In this document: one piece after another, positions 25,701 through 38,022 of the stretch
How positions within the stretch are numbered: the stretch's first letter is position 1
Layout of the letters: every line of letters starts with the position of its first letter
Source of the DNA: Phoronis australis
Taxonomy: Eukaryota > Animalia > Phoronida
Length of the DNA stretch: 64,000 nt
Assembly (NCBI GenBank): GCA_002633005.1
Contig: NMRA01000153.1
Location: 84,042 to 148,041, forward strand
Reading direction: 5' to 3'
Made by a program: the position numbers and the translations under genes
The notes under the pieces: generated by a model
The model's input: only the letters and a program-made list of their open reading frames with translations
Database searches by the model: none
What the model was told of the DNA's origin: nothing

Positions 25701-28700
25701 GGCCCATATACTAGTTACTATAGACCTATACAAACATTGAATGTTTTCTCAGAATGGAAAACAAAAACTTATGAGATACCAATTCAAATTCCAAAATAAT
25801 TTTAACTTATGGTAAAATTTTTCCATGTTGGAACAGTTTTTAAAACTTGGGACACCGACATTCAAGGCGAAATTCAATTCTCTTGATTCTGAAGACTGGG
25901 ATAGTAATATTTCTCAAACACTGGACACTACATTTTCTATTAGACAAAGTGACAGTCTGAAAATAAACTGGCAGTTGATAAAATTATTGAAAATAACCAC
26001 TGACACATTTTTATGAGTCACCATAGTGTGTAACACAGAGGCGAATGGTTGACTGTCACCGGTTGTAATTCTTGAATTTGGGAGAACCAATACCCCTTAT
26101 TTCTAAAATTTGGTACAACCTCCGACTTTGAACAAAATAACCAAGTTTTCACTGTCCCAAACAGGAGAACTATTACACTAGTCCAGAGACAGCCAGACTT
26201 ATGTGGACAAATGTTGCCAGACTTATGTGGACTAGTGTTGCCAGACAGATGTTTTAAGTGTAATCAGGAGAGCAACAACAATATTGATTTTGTACAAAAG
26301 GTTGTTAATGCCATAATTACGGAGATGACCATGAAAATGCCCAGGTTTGAAGGCTTAGTAATAACACTACCTGAAGGGATAATACAATGTGAGAAAGGCA
26401 AACAGTAATCTAATGATACACTGGTGAGGGACATTGTGATAAATAGGTTGAAGGAATGCAAGAGATGACAGTCCTTTGCCAAATAGTCTTAATTGTGATG
26501 TGAATCTAAGTCTCTAAACACCTTAAAGAGTGTGTTAGTGTACTGAAAGTTGCCAAGCAATCAATGATTTAGTAAGAGTGGTAATTCTTCACATATTAAA
26601 CAGGAATGCAACATAAAAACAGACTAAATTACATTATTCAAGAGTGATTCTCTGCCACTGAAACAGAATTCAACCCACTCACCAGCTATTTATGTGGTTC
26701 GTTTGTTAGATTTTGAATTTCTGCTGATGTCAAAGCACTTTTCTTTTAGTTTCAAATTTCAAAAAAATGATAATCAACTGCTTGTCACTTCCTTGATTTT
26801 CTCCCCACAAGGCAAAACACGTCTGCTTATTTGGTATGGCAAGACATAGGCGTAGTACATTTATATTATATGCAAAATGTGACCTTTGATGTAAACAATG
26901 GCGACTTCAAGTAGCAGCCACTTTCATCAGGAATTGTTTAAAAAGATATTTTTGACAAGCTTTCACGTTCCATATATTATATAAAATGCATCGTTTGCAC
27001 AAACTCCGTCTCCCCCACTCCACTGCAGACCTTCGTTGCGCCCGTTTTGGCACCGCCTTGGTCCCAGGTATTGCACCGGCCCCCTATTTGGATTCGAGGT
27101 GTTCTATTTTTTCTCGCGGGCCGTTTTTTCGCGGACGCGGAGGGAGGATGGCCAGTTTCATACTGGCCTTGATGACGTCACTGAGTCAGTCGTCTCAATG
27201 GCATGGGTGACATCACTCCGTCGGCTTAATTTCACTCCCTCCAGCTTCTGTCGCGTATATAATTCACCGGGCCTGTCACTGCCAAAATGAATGATACCTC
27301 ATTAAAAAAATTTACTCTTCCTTAATCAGTAAACTAATTATTTACCAGTGTTGGAAAATTCTACAGTTATTCTGCTGCTAAAATTGCGATGCGCTCTTTT
27401 GGGAGCCACTGCGTCACCTATTGGCCAATTTCCATGTTCTTCAATCAACTGTGAGGTTGCGTACATGTCATAACAATTGGAAGTGGTTTCAATTCGTTAC
27501 AAGTTTTTAATATTTTAATACCAGAAAACCCAATTTCAGAACAAACTCTCGAGAGATATCGCAAAATTTTAGGAAATGGCGCGTACGTGCGAGTGTCACG
27601 AGTAGGCACTGTTTGGCCAAAACAACAACAGATTTTTCTTTGTTACAAAAGGCGGAGAATTACAAAAAATAACATTTATTAGATTTTTTTACTTCTATAA
27701 ACAGCTGTAACTGGCAAGATGAGTGTCGGCTCATTCCCAGATTCTGCATGCACCCCTACAGGTCGTTAGTTCTATATATGTTTCACGACGAGGTGACGAG
27801 CTGAACACCCGGGTCAAGTTATGTGGAATTTTGGTGTCTAACAGAGCTCTACACACGGCTACCTAGCTGTATGTTGACGATAGTCTTCATACAGCTAGCT
27901 GTTTTTCTACCTCACTATCTACATTTATGAAGCAACTTTTGTAAATACATCAATATACATTGTGTACTCTACAGTATTTTTAAATGCATTCTTAGTTTTC
28001 ACTTTAAAGAATATATGATTATCGTACTTTGTGTTACGACAAGGTCAAATGTTCTGGAAAGAAATTTCTACTGCCTGGGGAAAGAATCCCGCGACCGCAC
28101 ACTATTTCCCCTCGGCGCTTCCCACTAGCTGCTACCCGTGTGAAAGCTGACGGGTAATGGCTAGTGCCTCTTAAAGTGCAAATTGGTAGAAATTAAAGTA
28201 AACTTCTATTTTATCAAAATTTTCAACAAAATTAAAGATTAAGAAAATCTATCTAAGTCCACCAATAGCTTAGTATGACCATGCACAAGATTTGGTAACA
28301 TTTCAATTATCTTATTTGTAACAAGGTTACCAACCTTTTTCTAACTGTTTTGTGTGAAAGAAACGAAGAATTAGAGATCAATTGGAGCAATGACAATCTG
28401 CAGTTTAATTTACATTATTGACATTATAAAAAGGACTTCTGTGTTCAGGATAGTTTAATAACATTAAATAAATATAATGTTATCAATGTCAATATCTAGC
28501 TAAACCAGCATATGTATCATGTGAACCAGGTGCAAAACTGCTGTTGTTGAATCATTCTAAGTGAAAACAATATCGTATGTAGCACAAGCACTCTATGTAC
28601 TCTCAACACCTGAATTGGTACTGTCAACTGGTCTCATCTATTACAAAGGTGTTGAAAATCACCAAATTAAGTGATTTTAAATTGGCATTGGATTGCATGT

Positions 28701-31651
28701 GAGCATATCCACCAACCCCATGCCCATAATGAACATCTGTGCACCCATACATACCCCTCTCATCTAGCCGGTAGCCCTGTCTGATCAGCTTGTTTAAACT
28801 TGAGACATCATTTTCTTTTGCAGCTCTGAACAGAGGACTGCTGGCCAAACTGGAAAGAATTTATTTAAGAATACCATTAGTTTTTAAACTTTCATGGAAC
28901 ATGTTTAAATGTTAATTGAAACCAGTAAACTTGAGATAATAAACGAAAGATTTCAGAGACAGACACTTGCAGCGTTCCAAGAAACTGACTTGAGTTCATT
29001 TTTTTACTTAATGTCTGAGATTTGTCTCAACTTCCAAACATTGAAAGTTCCACATCCACCAAATTAGTGAAATTAGTAAATTAGTTTTATTTCAAAATTG
29101 GCTGAAATTTAAGATTTGTCTTTAAGCATCTAGGTCAGTTTTCTTGGCCCCGGTCTAATATGTCGTAACTATTGTTTCACTAAATTTCTGCAGGAAAAAA
29201 TAAAAGGTATTTATGATCGACATATGTCCCGAATAAATGATACGTGCGTCATAAGCCTGTTACCAGAGATGAAATGGAGACCGTGGTAGGAGATATAAGG
29301 TCATTTATTATGACTAATACAATTACAAGTTACACTAAGATAGTGAATAAAAGTAAGTAAAATAAAAAATAATGTCTGGTAAGATGGGCAATAAAAAAAC
29401 GTCGCAAGTGATGTTGTCTGGTTATCCTTGATAAACGTTCAAGTTAATTAAATTCCTCCTGCCAGAGGCGGATCTACAGGGGGGGTTCAGGGGGTTCAAA
29501 TCCCCACCTCGGGACAGGATCATAATTAAAAATTTTAAAAATTTCACCAGAAAAACAAAATCAGCTACTAAAAACCACAAAAAAAATCTTACCCCCTCCT
29601 GACCTGTCCTTCCGCTCAGCGCTATGCACCTCAAATTCGCTCAAATCCTAAACTACCCCCTTACTGAAAAGGTACATCTGCCACTGAATGGCCTAATCTC
29701 CCAATAAAGTATTATACTTTAAACTCCATGCAAATAAGCCAAACTTGCCATGGCAAAATTCAAACATGAAGTAGTAACAACTTAAAGCAGGTTGTAGAGA
29801 ACACTGCATGGCAATCTCTAAAGAAACTCTCCAGTTGTAGGCAATAACATACTGTGTATGCAGGGGACTACTCATGTTATCCTTCTAACTTGGCAAACTA
29901 TTTATCTACTGTCACAGTCTACAGTCTAAAGTGGGGCCAGCTACAGTGCTTCCCTACTGCAGGCAAAACTTCACTTTTAGCAAAGTTTCGGCGAGTGGGG
30001 AAAGGTTAATTCTGGTACTAGTTAATCTGCAAGCGAAATTTCGCTGAAAATAGGATTTAAAAGCATTAGCTTCGGAGCAGTCACTGGTACTTCAGTGCAG
30101 TGGGATTTAAGGTCAGAATGAAACATTGGTGAAGTGACGTAGACGCTGCGGCAAAGATATAGGATTATGCAAGACTCTATGCAAAACTTGAGTCAGTTTA
30201 TGTTGGCACATTTCAGTTTGTAAATAAATAAAACAATACACATGTGATGAAGAATAACACTTTCGATTAAGCCTCGAACCCTGACCACCCAATATTCGTT
30301 TGAGAGTAGAAATGAACTACGCAGTCTGGTGTTTTCGTTGGTGGGGAAAGATTCGGGCATACCAACATCACTTCTGGCAATAACCATGCATAGGATAATT
30401 CAATCAAAGCTGACACAGAAAAAATGCCTTCAGTCCCCTTTAAGGCCAGTCAGGTTATGATTTACTTACCTTGATTGAGATATGTAACTATTTATGTTAG
30501 AAGCCAACTTATTCTTTAAACCTTGTCTAGTAGATTTACCAAATAAATCCAACAAGAGTGCCCTCAGTTTAGAGGGGGCTTTGGCTGAATTCTCCTCCAG
30601 GTTTACAGTAGCACCCATTTTCACCAACTGACAAGGTGAGGTGATTGTGTCAGTTGAAATAGCACAACACCTAATCTGATTACACCACTGACAGTTACCA
30701 GCCAGTGGAGAACACAAGCCGAAATGTTACAGTAGTCAGAGCCATTGTATTGCTCATTGACATACAATCAAGGACTGTTGAAGAAAAACAGGATGGCTGA
30801 TTGAACAAGATGTTTGCCTTAGGCAGATATGAAAAGGAAAGAACAAAGCTAAAAGGATAGCCTGAATAACCCCTGGTTAATACAACATACTAAAAACATG
30901 AGTTGCTGACTTCAACTATGATGATGAAAACTTGTAGATTACGTCTTATCTAAAAAGCATTGACATGTTATTCTGAGACGACTTGAGACGACAGGATAAT
31001 CCCCATCAACATTTTCAAAAGCATAAAACATACAGTCCACTGCGATAGAAAGTACTATATAACTTCCAAAAATGGCGCTTTTCTTCTCAGGCATTTTTTT
31101 AGACAATTTTAGAACTGTATGCCAGTTGACTCCCCTTCCACAATTACGCATGAGTTATGCTTTTATACATTTTGCTCCTAATTATGGATGACCCATTACT
31201 ACTGTGTGAATTTAATACTCAGACCACTTTTAACTAAGTCTGAAATTAAGAATTTAATCTTTGATGTTGCACTTAGGAAAATTTAAAAATTTGTTGAACA
31301 AACAACCAAAACCTTAAAACTCAAAGACAAGCAATCTTAAGAAAAAATTATCAGACAAGTGTTAGCAGATTTTTGTAATAAACAGGTGACATTGACATTG
31401 TCAAAAACTTTGGCTTCTGTCACGGTTGGGCCCAAATTATTGTCAAGAACTAGTTATAAAATTACCAATAACACTGTATGCACATGTACGGTTGAGAACA
31501 TTTCGGTGTAAACAAAAGCCCAATGCAATAAGCCTACTCACGAATCGCTTCTCTTCTTTTTTCTCGTTTCCATCAAATCCACTGTAGATTCACTCAAACT
31601 TCTACTCCCGTCTCCATTAAGCCGCTTAAATAGCACTGTTCCACCATCCAT
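7766..31651 (-). CDS. Transient receptor potential vanilloid (TRPV5/6-like) cation channel, 16 coding exons, ~832 aa
   Basis: Exons (5'->3' on minus): 31651-31542, 28849-28755, 20134-20012, 18201-18061, 17360-17208, 16503-16388, 14655-14506, 14152-13964, 13305-13219, 12493-12423, 11747-11582, 10934-10868, 10037-9928, 9506-9351, 9044-8935, 8420-7766; total 2499 nt, phases consistent. Ankyrin repeats ([56 protein letters not shown]), S1-S6, pore VVGLEDL, TRP box WKLQ. The first exon is the least certain. Confidence 0.92.
10085..10124. repeat. 12-bp tandem repeat (TGATGTAAAAGG) x3.3
   Basis: Directly visible. Confidence 0.85.
10361..10573. mobile_element. Inverted Penelope-like pseudo-LTR fragments
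   Basis: 10361-10420 is an imperfect reverse complement of 10508-10573 (TTGAATAAATGACAC.GAAACATGTCAAGTCGA.TTAA...AGTTGTTTTTATTA); one arm carries the complete hammerhead core. Confidence 0.6.
10383..10427 (-). ncRNA. Minimal type I hammerhead ribozyme (Penelope-like element type)
   Basis: Minus strand reads CUU-CUGACGA-U-GGUGU-UUGAAUAAAUG-ACACU-GAAA-CAUG-UC-AAG: conserved core, stem II, palindromic minimal stem III (ACAUGU), 3-bp stem I. Confidence 0.65.
14872..15189. mobile_element. MITE (CAGTGGCGGAT...ATCCACCCCTG type) with nested second MITE
   Basis: TIR-like ends CAGTGGCGGATTTAGG / CCTGGATCCACCCCTG, G/C-run subtermini; internal ATGTGCGCACACCAAG...CTGGGCGCGTGCATG segment ~14968-15124. 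Confidence 0.6.
16364..16387. repeat. (CA)n/(GT)n microsatellite abutting a TRPV splice donor
   Basis: Exon ends at 16388; the intron begins GTGTGTGT... Confidence 0.9.
28060..28140 (-). mobile_element. Degenerate tRNA-like/SINE head
   Basis: Minus strand GGTAGCAGCTAGTGGGAAGCG...GGTCGCGGGATTCTTTCCCC resembles A/B boxes. Confidence 0.3.
29463..29686. mobile_element. MITE of the same CAGRGGCGGAT family
   Basis: Ends CAGAGGCGGATCTAC / GTACATCTGCCACTG with G-run and C-run subtermini. Confidence 0.6.
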
Positions 31652-32123
31652 GTTTTTAGGTTAGGCCTACGGTCTGAGCACAGGTCGCCGTGAACATACA
31701 TTGTATGTTGGTTTTAACCATAAGTTCTATACAAGAAAAATATTTTTATCACGCCAAAGTCTGCAAATGAAAACGTAAGCCGGTGTTTTATGATTCACCG
31801 TGTTTGAAATCTTTCAAATTTTCCAGTAACATCACAATAGAAAGCTGTTTTCATTAGTCATGCCCGTGATGTTTATAGAAGTTAGCATAATCCATTCTTT
31901 AAAGTACGTGGCTTTGTTCCGTGATTTTGCACCTGAGCGCCTTTGAAAGGTGAACTCGAATGCAGACGACGACAAAAGAAGACTTTGTTTCTTTATGGCT
32001 CTTTAGTAGAGAAGATTCAAACATATGCATTGCGAAGTTTGACCAATCAACAGGCTCGTAATAAGCTGATCGTCGCGACAAATCACCAGACTCGTGACAA
32101 AGGCGTCAAGTTCTCCCACTTCC
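31652..32123. promoter_or_regulatory. Putative bidirectional promoter between TRPV and ELOB
   Basis: Divergent start codons 472 bp apart; CCAAT box (GACCAATCA 32041-32049), palindromic GTCGCGAC at 32072-32079, local CpG enrichment. Confidence 0.6.
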
Positions 32124-35100
32124 ATGATGGTAAGTAAAAAACATGAATTTTTGCCTCAAAACATTTATGAAAATGACATCTCATATATTTGATTATACTA
32201 TTTTGAGTTTGCATGGTGATTATTCTATTCACCAAGGTGCATTTTTCTAACATTTATTATCATTAAGTTGTCATTATGTCGCTGTATTAAGTAGGTGCTT
32301 TGTATCCAAGGGACTACGGCTGTACGGCACCAGGCACATTGATTGGGTTTCCCGGTATATTGCTCGTACTTAGCTGTATAACTCGCGGATCATACATAGG
32401 CCTACATCCATACATCGTACATAACTGTAAAATAGACTCTCTGATTAACTTAAGGCGGACAACTGAGTCTCGAACTTATTATTTCTACCCACACCAGCCA
32501 AATTTTACAACTGTTGATTTTTGATTATGGCCTACCAACTAAAGCCAAAGGGCGAGTAAAGGTTATTGAGAGAAATGCAATTGTAATGTAATTAGTACCT
32601 CAGTAGGCTCAGCATAGGTGACAATACATTCTAATCAAATTTGTACGCCAGAAGATTGTCTCCGCATTATGCTTAATCCAGGCTAAACTATCAAAGTTAC
32701 ATCATTATTTGTGTACCGAGTGTAGATGGACACCTTTCTTTGGTGGCAATACTTGAACAAATATTTCGGCATTAAACATTTATTTAATTGTCCTTCTTTC
32801 CATCAACAAAACTGAAGACTGAACGCCAGTATAGTCACGCTGCTTGAGGTCAAGCAGAAACATAGAGGGTTATGGGGAGCTCACCCGTCTGCCAGTCACG
32901 GCAACAGGAGGCAGTACAAACAAGGTTCTGTATAATCTCAGCTCAGTCTCAGGAATTCAGTATCCTCACCCGTCAGTGGCAACATAGAAAGCAGATTCAT
33001 TGTCGAGCTTCCATGCTATTGCTGCGGGTGCCCTTGTTAGTCCTTCTACACATTATTGCTGTGTCTATAATCTTGATCAAATTTAACAGGAGTTACATGG
33101 CTACAAGTCAAGGGTACAAGTTGCCTTGAGTATGAGGTACGCTGGGTACATTTCAACCGTGTTACCGAGTATTCTTATTATTGAAGTCAGTCTCCTGTGA
33201 ATACTTCCTATGTACCTATCAAAACATACTCTGAAAATGAACTACCATTACACCAGTCTGAAGACGCACATCTATTTCATAATGAAGGGTGACATTGCGT
33301 ATTTCAGATTGCTAAAAACTTTGAATTCTTTAGAAATAATCAAAAGTGTTGAGCGTTGTCTAAGGTTACAACCGTATGGATCTTTACGTGCAGTAAATCT
33401 GTACAATATCAATATCAGGTAAGGATACCGGTACATTCCCAATAGCATAACTCTTAGTATGCCATTACACTAATACACACTGCATGAGCTAGCTTTTACA
33501 GTAGAACTGTACTTGCCGGTATAAACTAAAAGAGTTTCTACTGGAGAAAATGTTACCCTGGTGCTATGAACAAACACGTTCTGTGACGAATATTTTAGTT
33601 TGATTATGACTGTTCAGTCCATGAACAACAATGGTACACAGATGACAAAGGTGGTAATATATTATGGTTGCACCATTATTGTTTTATTGTCTATTATTAA
33701 TACAACGAACTTGACCTTTCAAGTGAAATCAATGTCTGGGCGGTGTACATTTCAGACTGAAGGTTACTGTTCATATTGTGGAAACCAGTTTTGGTTGAGT
33801 GAATGTCTAGGTTACTTTGGGCTATCTACTCAAAGTCATCGATCCATCACTAACTCTGGCCTGGTGTCTTCAGCATATGTGATTATTCTTTCACAACAAA
33901 ACTACTGTTGTTACGTCGGGAGTTGTTCAAAATATTTTTGTTCAATATATAAATATGTAAACGAAAACAACAGCATTTGCCTAATAATAACAAGTAGGTC
34001 TGTGAGTTGACTTACATTTTACGTGTGTGTGTCTTTCTTTTTACTCAGGATGTCTTCTTAATGATTCGACGTAAGAAGACCACCATCTTCTGTGACACTA
34101 AAGATTCGGCAACAATCGGTGAAGTCAAACGGATCATTGAGGGAATTACTAAGATACCACCTGAAGAGCAGAAACTTTTCAGAGACAAAGAGGTAATTTG
34201 TTTTGAAAGTTGGTGTATTATAAGTATTACCATCTTCAAATTGCTTAAAATATACATGTATTGACTAACTAACTGCCAGATCACTTTGTGTTCTTCTGTA
34301 GCAGATACCAATCATGGAAAATTTCGTACTTAGATTTAGGATGAGCTATAACTTCTAAACTGTTTTGGCTTATAAAAAAATGTGGGTTTTTTGGCATCAG
34401 TGGCCAGTTGCATGAAACAGTTCCAAATAGGGACTCGACTAAGTTCCCTAAATGTACAGCGTATTTGTGGGGCTGTGAAAACACTGATTGTCCTTTCTTA
34501 TGCTGTGTGAGTCTCATTACTAAGTCAGTTTTGGACTTCGATACAAAACCGTTGAATTCTCAATATTATTGAAAATAAGTAGGGATCTTTTCATGTAATA
34601 CCCCTAATTTAAGGACTAAGTCCCTCATTATTTTAATTGAATTAAGGGCTCAGTTTTCAGTGATATTATTAGAAAATGTCATTAGTCAAAGAAAAGCTCA
34701 TAATGAAGATAAAACGATAGAAAACATATAATGCCTGTGAGTATAGAATGAAACAAATACGCAAAAGATTTAGTGAACCTAATTGAGTCCCTGTTTAGGA
34801 CTGTTTTATGCAACCGGGCACAGCAATCCATACCAAAAGCTCTTGCAATACGTGATTAAACGTACTATTCACAGCCTCTCGATGACAACAAAACCCTGAA
34901 CGACTCTGGCTTCACAAGCTCAACAGCCAAACCACAAGCGCCGGCGACTATTGGACTAGTATATAAACAGGAAGGTGGGTATCTAGCTCTCTGCTCATTC
35001 ATTCACTACGTAGAAAAAGTCGTTTTGGGCAATGTGATTGTGCTCGATTTTGCATTGTATGCTAATTGATTTGGTGAATTTTTGTTTCAAGGAAGATGCT

Positions 35101-36274
35101 GGTGTGTCAGAATAGCTGCGTGGCTTGGTTAGTTTGCAGGCTTCCTCTTATGTCTGGTTTTTACTGCAAATTGAATTGGTATTAAAACTCTCCCAAAAAG
35201 ATGCAAAACCACACAGAATTCCGACACAACGTGTACCAACCAGAATCTCCTTAGTTTTACCAAGTTATATATAACCTGAGAGATATGCTATGCAGTTATA
35301 AATCACCATGCAGTGCCATCTGGAGGCGGAACCTTTATTTTGTTGCAAATTAGCATTCCTAATTCCACATGATCATGGACTGAATGCAAGCATTTGAAAC
35401 AGCATGGCTGCCGTAGTCATCAACTTAGTTCCTCACTTATAGACACAGCTCACTGCTCTGTGCCTGGACACACAAAGATGGCTAGGCACAGCTCACAGTT
35501 CACAGCTCTTTGATGCTATTTTATCAAATGTAGTAAAATATTGTCGTTAATTGCTGCAGAGTAACTGTAAGTGGTAATAAACCCATCATCCATCAAAGAA
35601 CTAACTTTTGATTTTGGCACTTAATTTCACAAATCTGGGCCCAACTTGTTTTTTGTCTTGGGAACTACTGACAGTTATTGCTCGAGATCAGCATCTTGTT
35701 GGTTTATGTGCCATGTGTTGTCTCAAACATTATCATATTGTCAGGGTTTCATTTTCCCAGAAATTATTATTGTGACCAATTTTATAGCAGAAAGTGGTTG
35801 AATTAAAAGTAAGTTTCTGAGGCGGCTGAAGGCAGGGGTGTGGCTATGTTTTTGTTCAGGTTGTTGTACATTTTTTATGACCGTGACACTTTCATCCTTC
35901 CATTTTTTTATTTTTTCATCCTTGCAGTTTTGATGGGAAAGTATAAGAGTGTGCAAAACTGGCTGCGACTGACGTGTACAAATTTTGAATTTGCTGAAAC
36001 AGATTTTCGTCTTTTTGAAAAAGAGAGTCAAATGCTAAAACTTACTACTTTCCTTTTCAGTAAAACGAGGCCCTTTTGTAAGTGCTCGTTTTCAAGCTGC
36101 AAAACTTGGTTACAGAGTGTTTGTGCTAGTGCTGTAGATCTATGTTATTTATACATTTTAGATGGAGAATTTGAACCACTTGAAATAACACCTTTTTCAA
36201 CACCGCCTGAGTTACCTGACGTCATGAAACCTCAAGAGTCAACCTCTGGACACGCTGTGGAGCAAACAGCTTAA
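32124..36274 (+). CDS. ELOB: Elongin B (ubiquitin-like adaptor of the Elongin BC / Cul2-Cul5 ligases), 4 coding exons, ~120 aa
   Basis: Exons 32124-32129 (ATGATG|gtaagt), 34049-34192, 34875-34974, 36162-36274. Protein [21 protein letters not shown]...[23 protein letters not shown]...[16 protein letters not shown] is typical Elongin B. AATAAA at 37096-37101. Confidence 0.96.
34401..34820. mobile_element. Harbinger-like MITE in ELOB intron 2
   Basis: TIRs TGGCCAGTTGCATGAAACAGT / ACTGTTTTATGCAACCGGGCA, CAG on both flanks (CWG target duplication); related inverted copy at 48891-49486. Confidence 0.7.
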
Positions 36275-37963
36275 ATCAGAACAGTTTCTCGTAAATTAAA
36301 TAATTAGTGCGCTTTTTTAAGCTACAAGATTTCTACAGCAGAATCAAATGTTCCTCTGTAGTATTGACAGTGTGGAACATATCTTTATAAGTCAATGTGG
36401 GCTCCTTTGAAATAGTTGGTGTGTTATCTAACCATTACCAAAGGTTTGATTGTTAGTTTACTGCAATAGATTTAGAGCTTTGTTATAAGATCATCTATTA
36501 TGGCGTTTTTGTTTGGTAAATAATTGATAAATCATTCGTTTTCACTGACGTCTTGCACTTGTGCTTTATAGGATGAACTTTTTGTTTTGCCTAATTGAAA
36601 ATCACTCTAATTTGCTTTTCCAGTGTTATGTAAGCCTGCTTCTGTGTTGAATACGTGGTTGTTAATTTTTGTCAGTATAAAAGTACACGTGGCCTGTTTT
36701 ATTTGAAAATGGTCAGTGTGAAGTAGCTCATTGTATGTAGGCATAAAAACTATTTTTCCTCAATTGTTTTCTTTCACTCGCTGTTCGGATGAACTCCTTA
36801 AATCCATTAGTATAAAAGATATGATAGAACCACCCTACTTGATTTTCTTTAAATCAAAGATGTCATAAGTTATCTGATGTCTTGTCATGCACACCATTTC
36901 TTGTACTCATTTACTGTAGATTCACAAGACAGACTTTTTTCAAATTTGCGTTTGGCTTGGTTGTTGATAGTAGCAAACTATGTTGATCTGCAATGTCTGC
37001 TAGCATCTGGGGTTAGCTTAATATACTCTTTTGTGTTGATATATGTGGGCATGTGTTTTTTTTATTAATTGTTCTATCACTTTATTATTCTCATCAATAA
37101 AAGTGTAAATATACCACGTGGACTGTTGTTTTGTGTATCTTGGGGTCCCTCATTGTTAAATGTGGCACAATTTTCTGGTGGCAGGTTTATTAAGGTGTAC
37201 TGAAGCAGTATCTGTGAATGAACAACAGTGATATTCTGTAGTATTCAGATGAAATAATCTAGTGTCAAGCACTTTAATTTGTTGTTCTGAATCATGACTT
37301 GATGTCTGTTTGGGAAATCCAGCCTTGGAATTGAAGGTAATTTCTTAAATATAAAAGTGACTTCCTAAATATAAAGGCGGATTTCAAAATCTCAGAGTAT
37401 TGGAACAGTCAAAACCATCTACATTGAAAATTGGCATTTTAAGTCGCAATCGCCGTCAAACTAAAATCGATGTTATGGTGGAAATCTTGATTAAAAACCA
37501 ATTGGAGACCTCATAATTTAATTATTTGTAATTGGAAACCCTAACTGACTGTTGTAAGAAAAGCAAAGTGTGAATTTCTTATTAAGTGCAAGGATTTTGG
37601 GGAGGGGGCAGTTTGTGGGGTTTAGGGCTAAGTAATCTGTATTATTTTGAATATCATTATGCAATGTTTGTAAACTTAAGCATTTTACCAGAATGGAAAA
37701 AGGTTTTGATGAATTAGAAATGTGTTTTACATTGCCTTGGCAATAATCGAATGTTCAGTAAATTTCTGCCTGTGGGGTCAGGTTTTCTTGTTTCTGGTTA
37801 GAATGGCAAATGAGATTAATCCAACCAAGGATATTTCTAAGTTTAAACCATAAACACATCTCTTGTTATTTGGATTCTGGTTCTCACAAGTTAGTTTGCA
37901 TATGTCTTTTGTCCATCAATTTATAGTGAAAAGTATAAGAATTCTTTTAATTTTGGTTTTATG

Positions 37964-38022
37964 TTTAGAAAATAGGCTGTCAGTGTTGAAAGTCTTTCAA
38001 AACTGACAGCCTATTTTCTAAA
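37964..38022. repeat. Near-perfect 59-bp palindrome
   Basis: TTTAGAAAATAGGCTGTCAGTGTTGAAAG-T-CTTTCAAAACTGACAGCCTATTTTCTAAA, 28/29 paired. Confidence 0.9.
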
